A stretch of DNA of 62,410 bases, counting the filler, from Porpidia crustulata (taxonomy: Eukaryota), in assembly GCA_964255105.1 (NCBI GenBank). It is 4 parts of 4 records of this genome, joined end to end, with 100 filler letters (N's around TTAATTAATTAA, not from the genome) between each part and the next. Parts side by side here need not be neighbours in the genome. Positions count along the whole stretch, not along the records: positions 15,642 to 31,175 come from CAXUWE010000301.1; positions 31,276 to 46,798 come from CAXUWE010000302.1; 2 more parts are not named here. One strand, 5' to 3'. The notes beneath the pieces were generated by a model. The model ran no database searches. It was not told the origin of the DNA and worked only from the letters and a program-made list of their open reading frames with translations. The translations under genes were made by a program, and so were the position numbers. Positions 24,820 through 38,974 of this stretch are shown in pieces. Every line of letters starts with the position of its first letter. The first letter of the stretch is position 1.

Positions 24820-27800
24820 TTGTGGCTTCATATCACCAACGCTGATGTTGATATAACCATCACTACTAGGTCACTCCTGGACGTCAATTCTATTGCTTCT
24901 GCTCCTGTAGCCATATCTGACATCATGTCAGTCTCGCTCTGCGGCAAGGCGCTCTTTTCGACGCAGCTTGGCCGATATCAACCTCGTGAGGCAGTTGAAC
25001 CTCGCGGTCCCATCGTCTTGAGAAGTGATCCAGAAGCTGACCTGGAGAGCATGATCGAGAGATTGGAGCGAGACTTTCTCCTTCAATGCAAGAATATTTC
25101 TCCGCCAATCATCATCTATGACTACTTTGATCACTACGACTGTCATGTTCTCGGAACCGGTTTCCTTCTCAAAGTGCTCGAAACCATAGCGTTCTGCAAC
25201 TACACCAGATCACATCATGTGAAGGAGCTCGTGAGCCGTTGGGAAGAGGGTAAACTTGTCAGGCTGGACAAAATGAAGGCTGCGCAGTCATTGCGTGATA
25301 TCTTTACAGTGACTGAAATGGAGGAGTATGGGGAAGACATTCTAAGTGAGGCTTTTACAACGATTGGAAACCTTATAAAGCTAGATTTGGATAGAGAAGG
25401 TAAAGTTGCATGCCCTTTCGTCTGATCCTTGAGTGCCTCACAGACATGTCCTTTAAGTCCCAAAACGTAGTTGGGTTTATGGCGAGTTGAGATACTCTCA
25501 GACTGCTCAATTGATCCTGTATAGACTCAGCATTTGTCTTTAATTGAAGTACGTACTGACCTTCTCAGCACTCACTGAGAAGCCTAGCTCACCAGGAATC
25601 TCCTCTCACGTTCAATTTCAGACAGAGGCCAATGATCACGAACCCGAACAAGGCCGTTCCGAATCACACATTTTAGCCAATGGCGTATCAGGGCAATTGC
25701 AATATAATTCTTCCGCTCCGCAATCAACACATATTGGCTATGCGATACCACGATCACCATGTATTCCTATACGACGCTCCAACTCTGCCTTAGATACACC
25801 GTCTAACGAGGCTTTCGAAAAAGTCATAGGTCTTTTGCCTCCTCAAGAACACTTTGCCGTAGAGCATGAAGCCCGCTACAGCGACCATCCGTTGAGCACA
25901 TTACAAGTGCCCGAGCAAGCATTCCACCAAAATGTTTCTACTCAGCCACCGCAGGCACTGAACATACGCAGTATAGAGGATCCACCGCCGCTAGGGGCGG
26001 GGGTATACCAAAAAGCCATCCGCACACCTGCCCACCAACCTCGACCAATCGTTGGCCCTTCGATCGCCAGTAATATGCCTTCTATGGGATTTTCTAACGA
26101 CGCTCGAAATCTGGTCGAGCAACCTATTGGCGCTAACACCGGCTCAGTACCATCGGTACCGCAAACCGTATTGATGGCGTACCAAGCCAATCAGCAAGGC
26201 CTTGGAACTCACTATCCCAGGGATATGGGTAGCTCACACACTAGTCTTGATTATGGCCAGAACGGACAAGCCTTCGGTGGCTTTTATCCGAGTTCATCAT
26301 CTAGCGGTGATTATCCAGTCAATTACGCAGGACGCCTTCCGAATGGATACCCCTCAATCACCCCTTTGGCGCCTTATAATGACCAGAGTCATCAGTTCAG
26401 ACGCTCCTCATTGGGCCAGCCGCGGTCAGCATACCCCCCGCCACCTACACCTACTGATCTCAGAGCCCTGCCTTTCTCTACGTCGTCTATGCAGTCTCCG
26501 ATGATCAATACTTACCAGCATCTCAGTGCTGGACAGCTACCGGGCCGAGCAGTCTGGTCTCGAGACGGTAATCCTGCGATGATACCAAATCTTGTAACGC
26601 CGATGAACTTTCCCAGACAACAAGGGCCTCGCCATGACGGCCAGCAACATAATGCATATCAATTACAAATGAATATGAGGTGTCTCGACGACACCAATCT
26701 ATATGTTGGAAGGCTTCCGAATTCTATCGAAGCGAAGACGCTACAGAGAATATTTGGACGTTGCGGCCCCATTGTAGAAGTCACTCAACCACGACCCCCA
26801 AATAACCCTTAACATCGCGGCGACTATAATTTCTACGCCTTTGTGAGGTCAGTTACTCCTGCAAGCCCTCCTTGACTTTACTGATCATACTGGACGGTAG
26901 ATATGCAAAGCCGAGTTCTGCTGTCGACGCCATCAGTACTTTCCATCAGAAGTCTCTCGAATTCCTAGGAGGTCCTAATCACTACTCGCTCATAGTTCAA
27001 CCCGCTCGAGAAAGTTATACCTATCCTGGAGGAGGGTCAATGCAGCTTTCCTCTAGATCTAGTGATTCTCCTAACAAGCGCCATTTCAAGAATGGGAGTA
27101 AATCTTACCGTGGAAATGTTAGACAGAGAGATGCTTTACCTCAGCAACATAGAGATCCACGCCGGGCATCTAGGGATATTCATCAGGAACATCCTACTGG
27201 AACCGCTCTTCTAGATCTTGAGTCCACCATAAACCTAATTAAAGAAGCGGCGCCCCAGCCAGAAGATCCGTCACAACGAGATCATGACCCTTCACAAGAC
27301 AGTCTCGGTCAACGTAAAGTGCCGGTCAAGCTTCCGCCTACTGAAAACGATGAGAATGCTGCGCAGAATAAGCAACGAACTGCCAGCTTTAAGGTCGGTC
27401 ACCAGGACATATCTACCTACGAAAACATTCCTCCACTCATGGAACGCCGATTGGATAATCTAGGATCCACTGGTCAAGTAAACCTTAGGGATGCTCGATT
27501 GGGCTCTGTTGATAGTAGAGGTGCTGGAAGTTCTAAGAATTTTACTGAGCCGAAGACCGAAAACAAGTCAGTTGCTCCCGGAAACACAGAAGAGGAAGAA
27601 TTAAAGTCTACTAACGACAGTATCATCACAGTGCGCCCAGAGCCTACCATAAATCAGTTGGATCAGACTTTTGGAATTACTGTGCAGGAGACAAGTGGAA
27701 TGAAGGACTCCGTGGTGGCTCAAACCGAAAAGCAGCTCCAAAAAACGGCGAAGCCCCACACCAAGGGCAAAGAACCTACCCCAGCTCAGCCACAGACTTT

Positions 27801-30800
27801 GCATGACAGCTATGCGTTGCCAATGCGTGACTCCAATAATTCTGCTTCGTCCTCATCAGCGGAGAAGTCTGAAAGATTGCACTCACCCAAGATCGAAGAG
27901 AAATTTGAACGATCTGGTGAAAATGTAAAGCTATCAATCATCAGTGCTGATAGAACTGACTCCAATGGATCCTCCGTGACCTTACAGGCTCTGTCGGAAG
28001 TAGGACCTCCTGATACTTTGATACCAGACACTGAGAAAGGAATCTCCACGAAGGCTAATGTCGAGCGGTTTGCTACCCTCACTGGTTCCGTGAGCGTGGA
28101 ACATGAGCCGGAAACAGTAACAGCAGACGAGCAAAACCGATTCGCCTGCCTAGCGATGTCTCGGGCTGACAGCAGCTCGACCAAAGCTAGCGATTTTGAT
28201 CGCCCTTCTCCAATTATACTCACTGAACCCACAACATATGCTCATTCAGAGCAGTCTGATAGTGGCGAGATCGGGAGCCAACTACCGATTGCAGTTCCAA
28301 CAGAGGAAACCTTATCATTGAAGCCATCTCAAAGTCTCTCTACCAGTAATAAGGACACTTCTCAACTGTACATTAGGACTGATCACTCTGCATTAGACTG
28401 CCTAGCTACGGTCGCAGAACAATTTGGGTACATTGAGAACGACACACAAAACCACCCTGCGCCGATACGAGCGACAAGTGTGACCAGCCCGCAGAATCCG
28501 CTCTGCGCAGATCAATCGCTGTCACGTAGTACCATTAGAAATCCTTCACACCAAGAAGCAAGCTCACCAACGAGTACGACGAGGGATCAGGGTCCGGTCA
28601 CGCGTGCTCGTGGATACCAAATTGCGACAGAGGCGATGTCCAAGGATAAGCCAAAGTTTATACCTCCAAAATCACCAACCCAACCATCTTTGGCGGCTCG
28701 AGATAGCATCACGTTGGGTGACTCAGTTGATACACTTAGAAAAATCCACGCGCCGAAGGCAGCTGAAGGGCTCAAGATTGACAGCCTAAGGAATAGGCCA
28801 GAAGTTCCGCCAAGATCGAGTTCGTTGGTCACTCCTGCAACGCCGATTTTAGCGCACATGCGAAAACGACGAAATCTCAAAGCTCCCAAGACTGTCGTAG
28901 ATATAGCCACAGAGAATCCTTATGCAGCTTTAAATCCTGAAATTTCGAACATTCAAGCAGAGATAAACATGGATCTGCCAGAAAGCAGCGCAGCGGATCC
29001 AGATCGCGTGAGGTTCTTAGAGCAATCCCAACATGGTAAAGCTGATGTCTTTGAGGCATCAAGAGGACAAGATACGACATATGCCAGCACCCACCTCGTG
29101 CTTGAAGCCTCGGAGCCGGATGATAAAGGAATCTCTTCCAAAGAGCAAAAGACAGAACAAGATGAAGCCACTTCAAATCAACCCGGTGCTGCCTCCTTAT
29201 CACTCAGTTCGACAAAGGATCGAAAAAAGAGGATGTCAAAGTCAAAGAAGAAGTTACTGGAGAAAGACCAATCGGATAAAGGTGATGTCATCGTATCATT
29301 TCCAGGGGAAGATAAGGCATCGATCAATTTTGATGTAATTTTACAAGCCTCGGACGTAGCAGAACTTCGAGAAGCTCCTAGTGTAGAAGAACGAGCAGAA
29401 AACCCCGAAAGTACTACACTTCGATCGGAGACTGCCTCTCCATTATTTGATCCGGCAAAGGCACGTAAGAAAAAGCCGCACAAATCAAAGAAAAAGCAAA
29501 AGCAAAAGCAAAAATCCAATGTCACCCAACTCTCCTCAATCTCGGAGTCTGAGGTATTGAAGCCAGCTTTGACATCACCACCATTAAAAGGTCGTTCTTC
29601 GCTGCCCGAACCAGAGACGCCGTTTATAGTCGACAGTATTTGCCTGGCAGAAAGCACTGATAGGTATGGCACCGTGGATATTTCGAAACCATCCGAACGA
29701 AATCGTGGAACAGTCAGTCAATTTTTCGCAGGTATGCAAGATTACAATCGACAAAACAAAGAAAACTACCTGCCTAAGCTATGTGTAGCCCCGCACTTCA
29801 TTGATACGAAAATGGGAAACCCACCATCCAAAAACTCTGGCGATGGTTTTCCTCCTAAAAAGACTACATTCAATGAACAGGGAGAAGTTCATGAAACCGA
29901 CCAGGACGTTGAAGATGCGGCCAGGAGGTGCGGCTATTTGGGATCTTGGGAACTGTCACATTCTGATCTTCGCTCTCGCGTACTCGGAAGTGTTGTAACC
30001 GTTGCTGAAGCCCTCGAGAAGTTTGGGAGTCCTACAAGTACTATGATCAGTAAAAATGACGAAGATTGTCCTACCAATTCTGAAGCTCCAGACAAGATCA
30101 ACGCGGGTGATGCGCAACACGCACCTGAAGATTCTCGAGCCGGTGGAGGTGAACACTCAAAATCAGAGGATGTCTTTGCCACTCAAGTAATGGAAGTCGA
30201 TGCAGTCGAACACAAAAAGCATAACCAGTCACGCACTTTTGCATCAGGAAACCAAAAGCCTTTCAATAGGCCGCCGAACGAAACTGCCATCGCCAGGCAA
30301 CTAACTCCAGAGGCCAAGAAAGTCTTTTCCGACTTGAAAGCCAAACCTCTGGGCCCCTCTGCTGCAGAACTCTCGAAATCAACCACGCTGATTGGTACGC
30401 AACACTCCACAACTCACATGATTTCGCCTGAGCAGATGGCCCAGCTCCAAAGCACCAACACCTCGGACCGTTACCAGGTTGCTGTAAATTATATTCTAGA
30501 GCACAATGAACGCCTCAAAACCCTAGTCAAAAGGGTGGAGGCGCTCAGCCCACCCGAGCGCCGCGAAGTCGCGATGCTGGAAGCGCAATTTGCAGGCAGA
30601 AGCCTACCTCTGAAGGGAATGAATGACTCTTCGACAAAGACAAAGTCGCTGTTCAAAGAGGACCTGGCCCAGATCGCCGAGGAGATGAGCAAGCTAAGTG
30701 ATGACTCCAGGAGGCTTGTGGTTGAGATGATTACGGAAGGAATTGGTGGTCCGGCTTCACCGTTCAAGCAGCGTTTACCCAATGTTGGACGGACGCGGGA

Positions 30801-31175
30801 GCTGCCGCCGTACACGGGAAATGGTCCACCACCCGCCCCACGTCCATCGCATAAGAAACTGCCATCATACTTGGAAGCCACCACGCGATCGCCAGAGCTA
30901 TTTCCATCCTCGCCTTCGCCCTCCATCCGCCACCTCCCGAGCCTGCAGCCTGGCGACACTGTCGAAGTCACTAGCGTCGAACACGGCCTGGACACCCTCA
31001 CCCTACAAATGCCCGAGCCCACGCCACCCCAACCGCGCTTCAGAAATCGATCAGGGGAGCGGGCACGCGACGATTCGAGGCAATTGTTCAGAGAAGAAGT
31101 GGCGGCGAGACGCCGCAGCCACACGGTTGAAGGGCAGGAGCGGCCGTTCATCGAGAAGAGGGAGAGGAAGTGGGT
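24820..31175 (+). CDS. Very large, mostly low-complexity protein with one RRM domain; in-frame TAA at 26810-26812; start uncertain and 3' end truncated
   Basis: ORFs 24820-25399, 25569-26847 and 26901-31175 join in frame via GT-AG introns 25400-25568 and 26848-26900. RNP2-like LYVGRL lies before the TAA and RNP1-like NFYAFVRY after it. Confidence 0.7.
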
Positions 31176-31275
31176 NNNNNNNNNNNNNNNNNNNNNNNNN
31201 NNNNNNNNNNNNNNNNNNNTTAATTAATTAANNNNNNNNNNNNNNNNNNNNNNNNNNNNNNNNNNNNNNNNNNNN
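31176..31275. other. Artificial contig spacer (N44-TTAATTAATTAA-N44)
   Basis: Identical 100-nt spacer. Confidence 0.99.
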
Positions 31276-32499
31276 CTTCTCTTCCTCTTCAGCAATGCTA
31301 TAGGAGATTAAGCCCTGCACCGTGATTAAAATCCGAACAAACCCCAAAAAATATCGGTATCAATGTACTAAACATGCACACGGATAAAATCCAACTCGCT
31401 ATCCATACCCCAGATATCTCAACCATGCCGGAAAATAAAAATTACGAAAAAGGGCACACGAAAGACGCTACATATGCGTGGGCCCTTCACCTCATGATAA
31501 TCCCAACGCGGTGTCGGAGGAGATTGGGACAAGTCAGTTATGCATGTGAATCCCCAAAACCAGAAAGTGTTGGAAAAAAACGCGATTTGTGATGGCTTCG
31601 CGCAGACATCATGGACGGAAACCCTAAGCTTTATCTCCGTCATTCTTGGGCGAAAAAGAAATAAAAAGTTGCCGACTTGATAATTAGACTTTCAAGGAGA
31701 TGTCTGTGGATTCAAGAGCGGTAGTAATTGGGCTTTTCTTTGGCTTGTGATTTTTTGCAAAAAAAAAAGGCTGTGTCGTGCAGCCGAAAGATTTTGAAGT
31801 TGGATTTATATAAATAATGCGAGTGCTTGAATCGGTCTCGAGTCAACCAAAAAAGAAGGGGGTATAATCCATTGGTTTTTGGAATAGTATATCCAAGGAT
31901 ACATGCTTTGCCCAAGCAATAACATCCCAACCAACCTACAAAACCCCCATCATGAAAACACACGCCTGATACCGAACGCCCCTATTTCCCAAACGTATTA
32001 TCTATCTACCATCTCCCACCTGCATGCAGCCATGAGGAAACAAAACACATATCCCCACCACAATAAAAGAAGAAAAAAAAGTTATTTGCCACACAATTGG
32101 CTTTAAAGGCCAAAGATCTAATACATATAAGCTACCGATCGGCGTTTTGCGGCGTCGGAATATAAGGGGGAAGAAGTCGGTGTATGGAGTGCGGAGATGA
32201 AGGGGAGAAAAATGGTGATTTGTGAATGTTGGGGATATCCTAAGGTTCCGATGGTCTGATGCGGTGGTTGATGGGATCGAGATGGCGAGGTGAGGTAGGC
32301 CGGGGGGTATAGGTGGGTTCGGATGTGTGAGGTTGAAATGTGAGGGGATTGGGAGGTGAGATTGAGGTGGTGAGTTACGACGCAGCCAGTTTGAGGTCGA
32401 CCTAGTATGTTTTTCAGGTCAAATGGAATAACAATATCGAGCAGTTGAAGCTCCCCATTCGATAAAGCCTCGGACCAGAGAAAAATTCGACCGATTCAA

Positions 32500-34998
32500 T
32501 CAAGGAACCCAGAAATCCGGGTATTCTTGCGACTGATGAGCTCCAGATGCACCGCTTGGGTCATTCTGGCCAATGGGAGGGAAATTGGCATTTTGCAGGT
32601 CAAAGCCAAATTGGTCGGAATCGTATCCAAGGTCGAAATTCTCCTGCGGAAAATCTGGAAAGAGTTCGGATGGAGCGGCGGGGGCGTTGTATAGAGTGCT
32701 TTGGCCTTGGCTTGGCGGAATGTTGGCGTGTTGTCCGTTGTAGCTGTAATCTGACAGCGGAGCTAAGGCTTCGCGCGCGGGAGCGTTTTCTTGGGGCTGT
32801 GGATACGTGGCGGGCATTTGGTTGTGCTGCTGCTCGCCGGGGTTGAAGGGATCAGTTGAAGCCGCTGGCAACAACTGGCTTATTTCTGGTGCAGGGTTGG
32901 CGTTCTCCGTGGACGAGTCTGCTACCCCGGCTTCGGCTTGACTTGACTGCTGCGCTTCCTCGGAAAAATCATGCGAGATTGACGGATCCTGAAGCGCTGG
33001 ATCCAGGACGGTGTTCAATATTCGCATGATCTTAGCATCGAACTCATCGCAAGTATTGTCAAGCGTCATTGTCCGTGGTTTCCAGGTAGATTGTGATGGC
33101 TGAGCTCCGACTGGCGTAGTCGCGGGATCTTGCTCGCCGTTTGGTTGAAGGGAAACCATATTTTCAGCTGGCAAGAACTGATCCACCAACGTCTCAGTAT
33201 CGACACTTCCTGGCTCTAGATTCGCGGCACCGGGATTGTTCAGGGTTGGTACTTGAGTTTGCTGAGTCGGACGACGCATCGTTGGCAGAGGATTTGGCAA
33301 AGGACTATTCAACATTGATTGGCGATCAAACCAAGCCTGTGGTTCCTCGTTAATTTCGCTCCTAGGAGGGCGTCGCAAGCCTGGAGTGGGTCTCGACGGA
33401 TAAGGCTGAGGACGTGATGTGGCTTGGGTATATGTTCTCCTTGCCGTCCGTGTCAAGCCTGTTGCTTCCTGCATACCTACTGGGATACGACGTTGATTAC
33501 CCATGGCTGACCCACTTGAAGTAGCCTGAGACAGCGCAGTAGCTTGTGTGCCATCTGGTATTTGCGAGCCGGAATATCCATGAGCCGGATGAGGTCTATA
33601 CCGTGGTAACTCATCTGGGTTGAACTGGATGTTTAACTCAGATTGACGGCTGGCATCCATTTCATGTCGTTCAGGATTCATCGTTACCCGTCTTTCATCA
33701 ACATCAGCCATCATTGCGCCATGTCTGGCTCGTCTCGATGGCTCAGCTCTCCGTGCTCCATCGGCCCTGAACCCTGAACGAGGTAGCTGACTTGCCCGGG
33801 TGTGCTGCATTGTAGAATTTCGGGTTCGCTGCCGCGTCCGGTAAACTGATTGACCGACGTCTTCATAGTCTGAAGCAAAGGCAGCTTCATCCACCCTTCG
33901 ACGCTTTCTGGGAGTCTCACTGGTCTGCTCTGATAAAGGGGTAGCGTTGCCATGGCGTAGGCGAGGATCGATACGTTGAGTGCTAAGATCCTCCACTTCT
34001 TCCTCTACCGAGTACTCCTCGTCGGTTTCAAACTCAACCACAGCTCTAGACCTCCTGGCCCTTTTACGCTTCACACCGGTCTCGGGCTTCGAGCCGCGGA
34101 CCGTGCCCTGACCGTTTGCAAAGCGTGGATGCTGAATCCGACCGCCTGAATCACCCATTCTGAAGTTTATGAGACCTGGCGTGGTCCCTCTTGTCGTATT
34201 TCTTGCGAACTGAGCTGGGCTCAATTTGCTAAGGACGAGCTGGCGAAGATCATTATCCTTCGACTCGTCTGTTGTCGGATGCCACGATATTATGCTATAT
34301 CGTGATCTCATCCTAGAACACTCCATGTTTAGAGCGTTTTGTCTCCGACGACCTTCCCGCGGCATCCTCATTAGAAAATCTTTCCACGTAACGCGTGGGT
34401 CGTTGCGGCGGATGGCCTCGTAGTACCACCATGGGTTCCGAGTTCCGATCTAACAGCGGTCAGATCAATTTATTCTACATAGTCAATGTATCTACTTACT
34501 CTGTCCGGAAGAATCTTGAAGTCTTTGAGAGCCTTTGGTTTCCTCGGGTCCAATGGATCTCTTTCCATGACCAGGTTGCCGTACGCATCTCGTTTGGGTG
34601 GCGGGGCGCCAGATTTTCGGAATTCCTCCCAACCGGGAGGAGGACGGAGGACGTAAAGGATCTGATGGGAGTATCAGCAACAATGTCAAATTTCCCGAAA
34701 TCGGAAAGGAGCTCGTACAGGTGGCAGATTATCGTCCGTCCAATCCGCTTGACTTTTCAAGGTTTAGTACAATATTAGCAAAATTTGGGACAATCATTAT
34801 CTTACCCTGGCATAAAATCGGTCACATCTTGTGGAGATGTACTTACTGGACGTGGCTGAGCTAGTATGATATTAGTCAAGAGCTTCTGAGAATGCTGGTT
34901 TCACCTCATATCTTACCGTATACAGAACGTCCACCTGGAAGCACAATGTCCCGGATGGCATCTCTGTATCCCAGTGTTTGGTCCCAAGGAATCGACAT
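32500..34998 (-). CDS. Uncharacterised protein, paralog A (760 aa, five exons): conserved N-terminal ~200-aa domain, Arg-rich basic patches and a Gln/Pro/acidic disordered tail
   Basis: Exons 34998-34917, 34860-34806, 34752-34719, 34661-34500 and 34449-32500 with canonical GT-AG introns give an uninterrupted frame: MSIPWDQ...FMPGQADWTDDNLPPILYVLRPPPGWEEF...DFKILPDRIGT...EAIRRNDPRVTWKDFLMRM...QNALNMECSRMRSRYSIISWH. Confidence 0.85.
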
Positions 34999-37900
34999 TT
35001 TGGGGAATGGTGTGACGTTCCGCTAGTGTTACAGACTCGAAGGGAAGTCCCAAGGCTTGAACAATGAGCCGAATCTTAGCTTGAATCGGTCCCAGTGTCT
35101 GAAGAAAATCCTATTTCTATCAAAGACAATGAGAATCCAAAGCTTAGAATCGGATATTGAAGACGGATTGGTGTTGCAGAACGAAGGAAGTCGACGCAAG
35201 CATTTCAGTACTTAAATAACTGTTCCCCAAAAGTACGACACTAGGTGAAGCTATTCACCCCAAGTTGTGTTGACATAAATTCGACACCGACACTGAGGTG
35301 TTTACGTGAACAATGGCGAGGTATGATCTCCTCGCTTGCGCGTATCAATGTCTTGTGTCGCTCTACGGTATTGTCGGTGCCGCTTCATGCAGGTTTTCAT
35401 CTGCAAGGCGGCAGATGTAGCAATCTCCGATGAGCCCCTGGATTCATGGCCGAGTTCCTGGATGCTTCCCTCAAAGAACCACCACGTTCAGTTTGCTTCC
35501 TATAATTACTTATCCGCTTGCGACTCGCTGCCGACCACGTTCTCGGTGAAGCGTTCGGAGTATGACATTGGGAACGATCTTGACTATACAGCTCGAAGTC
35601 GAGAAAATCGGTCTCTTGGTCGGCGAAGTGTATCAGGAATCCTAGACCTCGATTGGTACGACGATTATAGCCTCTTAACAGACAAGATCTAGAAGAACAC
35701 TGTGAGCAAAACCAGGGGCAAGACCTTGCCAGCTATATACTATATAAACTAGGTAAGAACTCCACTTAGGGTTGATGAAATGAAAGTAAGGAAGTATACG
35801 AAGTCGGTCCAGACAAAATCGTTGTAGAGGCATCCATTGCTGCTGATAATGATTTCACTATCTTCACCCGTCGTTCTAGGGACTGTAACTCGGAACGACA
35901 TTCTCTGCTTCGAACTCTTGTTCGATGAATTCCGCAATTTGGACGTTCCATACATATATATAAATAAGAGGGGAAAAGAACCTTCAGCGTATCTAAGCTG
36001 AATACTGGAGGACGTCAATATCCGTTGTAAGAAGTGCGGATGAGATAAGCGTCTCATGCCTTGCACGTGTGAAGGTTCCCGATGCAGTCTACGTCTCCAG
36101 TCAATATGGGCTCTGAATAAAGCCAAATCAGACAGTTGATGATGATTGCAATGCAACAAGTAATTGCCTGTTTCTGCATCGGAGAAGGAGCGGGCAAGCT
36201 CGCTGATCTAACGGTCGAGATCAACTGACACACGACTGCTGTAGGATTATAGAGATTGCTGTCCCAAAATTAGGATTCAAAATTACAAACGACGTAGATC
36301 AACCTCTCCGATTTCACTTCGGGCAAATATCAAGATCGCGATCCTCAAGGTAGGGCTCGTGTCTCCAGCCTCTTCGTTCCAGGTGAAGTATTTATCAAAT
36401 GCTCGGATTCACAACTTGAATGAGAAGTCGTAGAACAAACATGAGTCTCTTAATCTAAAAGGTGGAAAACTTGGAGACCCAGGTCACAGACCAGCAAAGC
36501 CGATGCATGATCTATACACTTTTCATCTCCACAACTTGAGTTGCGAGCTTGCTTCTTTGTTAGCGTGCTCTCTTGGCGGTCATACTGCTGTGATCCATTT
36601 TTGTACTCGTACAATCAATAATCGAGCGTACAATTCCCCAGTCATCAAGACTTGAAAGTTGTGTTCGAGTTCGAATCTCCCCAAGGAATCCAAGGGATTT
36701 GACAGGTGTTGATGTCGCGTCTTCTGGCTCGAGAACTCAGTAGAGCCAGATTACTAACGTTATCATTCGCTTGTCCTATGAATGTGAGGCCCTTTGTAAA
36801 TGTCCACCTTCCAAACAGAAGACTCGTTGCGACAACGAAGCCCTAGCCCCTCGGCGATTATCAAGCGGTTAACGCGGCAATTCGCCACACGAGCGGCGTC
36901 GAGAAAATGTTTGATCAGACCTCATGTTTTCGATCAAATCTCTTGCTCATCGACGGTGGCCGATGACTCTATGGTTCCGATACCAGTGCAAAATCTCTGC
37001 AATTCCCGACGGCGAAGTCATGTGCTCGGATTACAATCAGCGTGAGGACAGCGAGCCCACGTTGCGTCGCGAAAGCGGTACGAAGGTGTTGGTGGACACT
37101 TCGTATTTGTCCATGGCCGAGAGATGTGTTTGGAGATTTCGATCGCATTTCAATTCTTTAGACTCACTTCTAGGTATCTAGCTTCCGTATTCTAGAGCAC
37201 GAAGAATCGCAAGGACTGGGAAGCGGATTGAATATTATACCATTGGGCTCCTGTGACCCAGCGACATGGAGACAATGTGGCTATGCAAGCATGGAATAGG
37301 CGAGTGTATCAGTAGGATATTAGGTATCCATCTGTGTCTTGGAGCCCTTGCGGTCTGAGCTGGGTGCAGGCCACGTGCCCGACCACCATAGGCTGCGTCA
37401 TTCTTCCTTTTGCTGTGCATCCGCTTCTAGGCTGAGGTATTTTGTTGGAGACTCTCGTGTACCAATTTTGGCGGGATCTCACCGAATGGAGTCTTGATTT
37501 GTATTGATTCGGTGTCTTTTGCCATGACTTCTTGTTCTCTTTTCTCGTCACAATATACTGTGGCTGTCGGAGTGACTCCCATCGTTATACTCTTACTTCT
37601 TTTTGGGACACACGAAGAATGCAATGTCTAAGAATCTTGCGGGCAGCATCTGCGGATGATAGCAAAAGTTGATGTATACTTGGCCGCGTTACGCTGATGA
37701 CATGTAAAGTTAACCTCCATAAGTCTGACACTAATACTGGATGTTCGAATGTATATCGAAATGATGAAGGTTGCCGCTTTTCGGATTTTGAGAAATCCAG
37801 CTCCGAATGGACTATTTCAATCACATCGAGAAGACCGAAATCGGAAGTGTTTGCGGTAATACTTACGATCTCTATAGCTAGATGTGGGTTACCCTGGGAT

Positions 37901-38974
37901 ATTGCAGTTGCGATTTAGGACGACCGGAAGCAGAATTTAGGTAACGAAGTATTTACTCCGGAAAAAGCCGACTTTATTCAGCTAAATTGACAACGCGCCG
38001 CAGTCGTTCTCCCGTGGGAAGGTAAGAGGTTCTTTTTCGCTGATTGTGGTAAGAAGCGCTACTCTCTGTGCCAGAATGCTGTGCATAAAGTATCCAAAGC
38101 GATACCTCAAGCTTGGAACGGTGCGGTTTTGGCTGATCGTCAAATCCATGTAAAGGTCCTTACTTATCTATTGATGACACTCTCAAGGACTTTCCCATGT
38201 TTCTCGAAAGAAAATCCGCGCAAAGCTAGATACCCATTTTGGAGTACCCCTCGGCTCACCACGAATGTGGCCGATAATCTTGAGCCGCTAGGAGACATTA
38301 TGCGGGCAATTGTCATCTTTGCGACATAATTCTGAAGCATTTGTATCGCTGCTCGTTTGAAGTCTTTCATGAGGATATGCTTGCATGAGAATTTGGTTGC
38401 CGGATTAAATTTAGCAAAGCGCTTATGAGGAAAGCCATTGAGGAGAGAAGTCCTCATCGAGAAGAGGACATACAATTTAGTGCCGACCGATTGGGTGGGG
38501 TGTCCAACGAAATGAGGAAAATATTGACGACTGAGATTGATGATCGACGTTGATGATGTGAAAAGCTGCTATGGTGTAGCCATTACAGCTATCAAGAAGG
38601 TGTAAATATTAAGATTCAGAAGGAAGAAGCTGGGTGGATGAGTCCGGTCCTTTTATGGTTGAGGTGCTCTTATCAATGGTTATGTGCTCCTCACCCTGTG
38701 AATGATAAGTCGTTGACCCTATTGTACATGAAGAATAAGGAATGAAGCCATAATCAATGTTGAATGGTCTGGAAAAAGTGAAATCTTTTCAATAAGCTGT
38801 GAAGATACATCCCCTCTTAATCTTGAGGGATATCTGGGATAGAAGAATATGAAAGCGGCAATATGGAAAGATGAGCTTGTGAAGCGATTCCCCTCTTAAA
38901 TAAAGAGGCGGTGAAGTTGGATTTCACTCCAATATGAAGTCCGTCTGCTTCGCACCTAGGATGTCTCGGTGATT

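Noticed and set aside
35050..38900. Short ORFs between the two paralogs, considered as a third paralog or a transposon remnant
   Set aside because: None of the family motifs (PGQADW, DPR..W, SWH) and no DDE, reverse-transcriptase, TIR or LTR signature could be found by eye.
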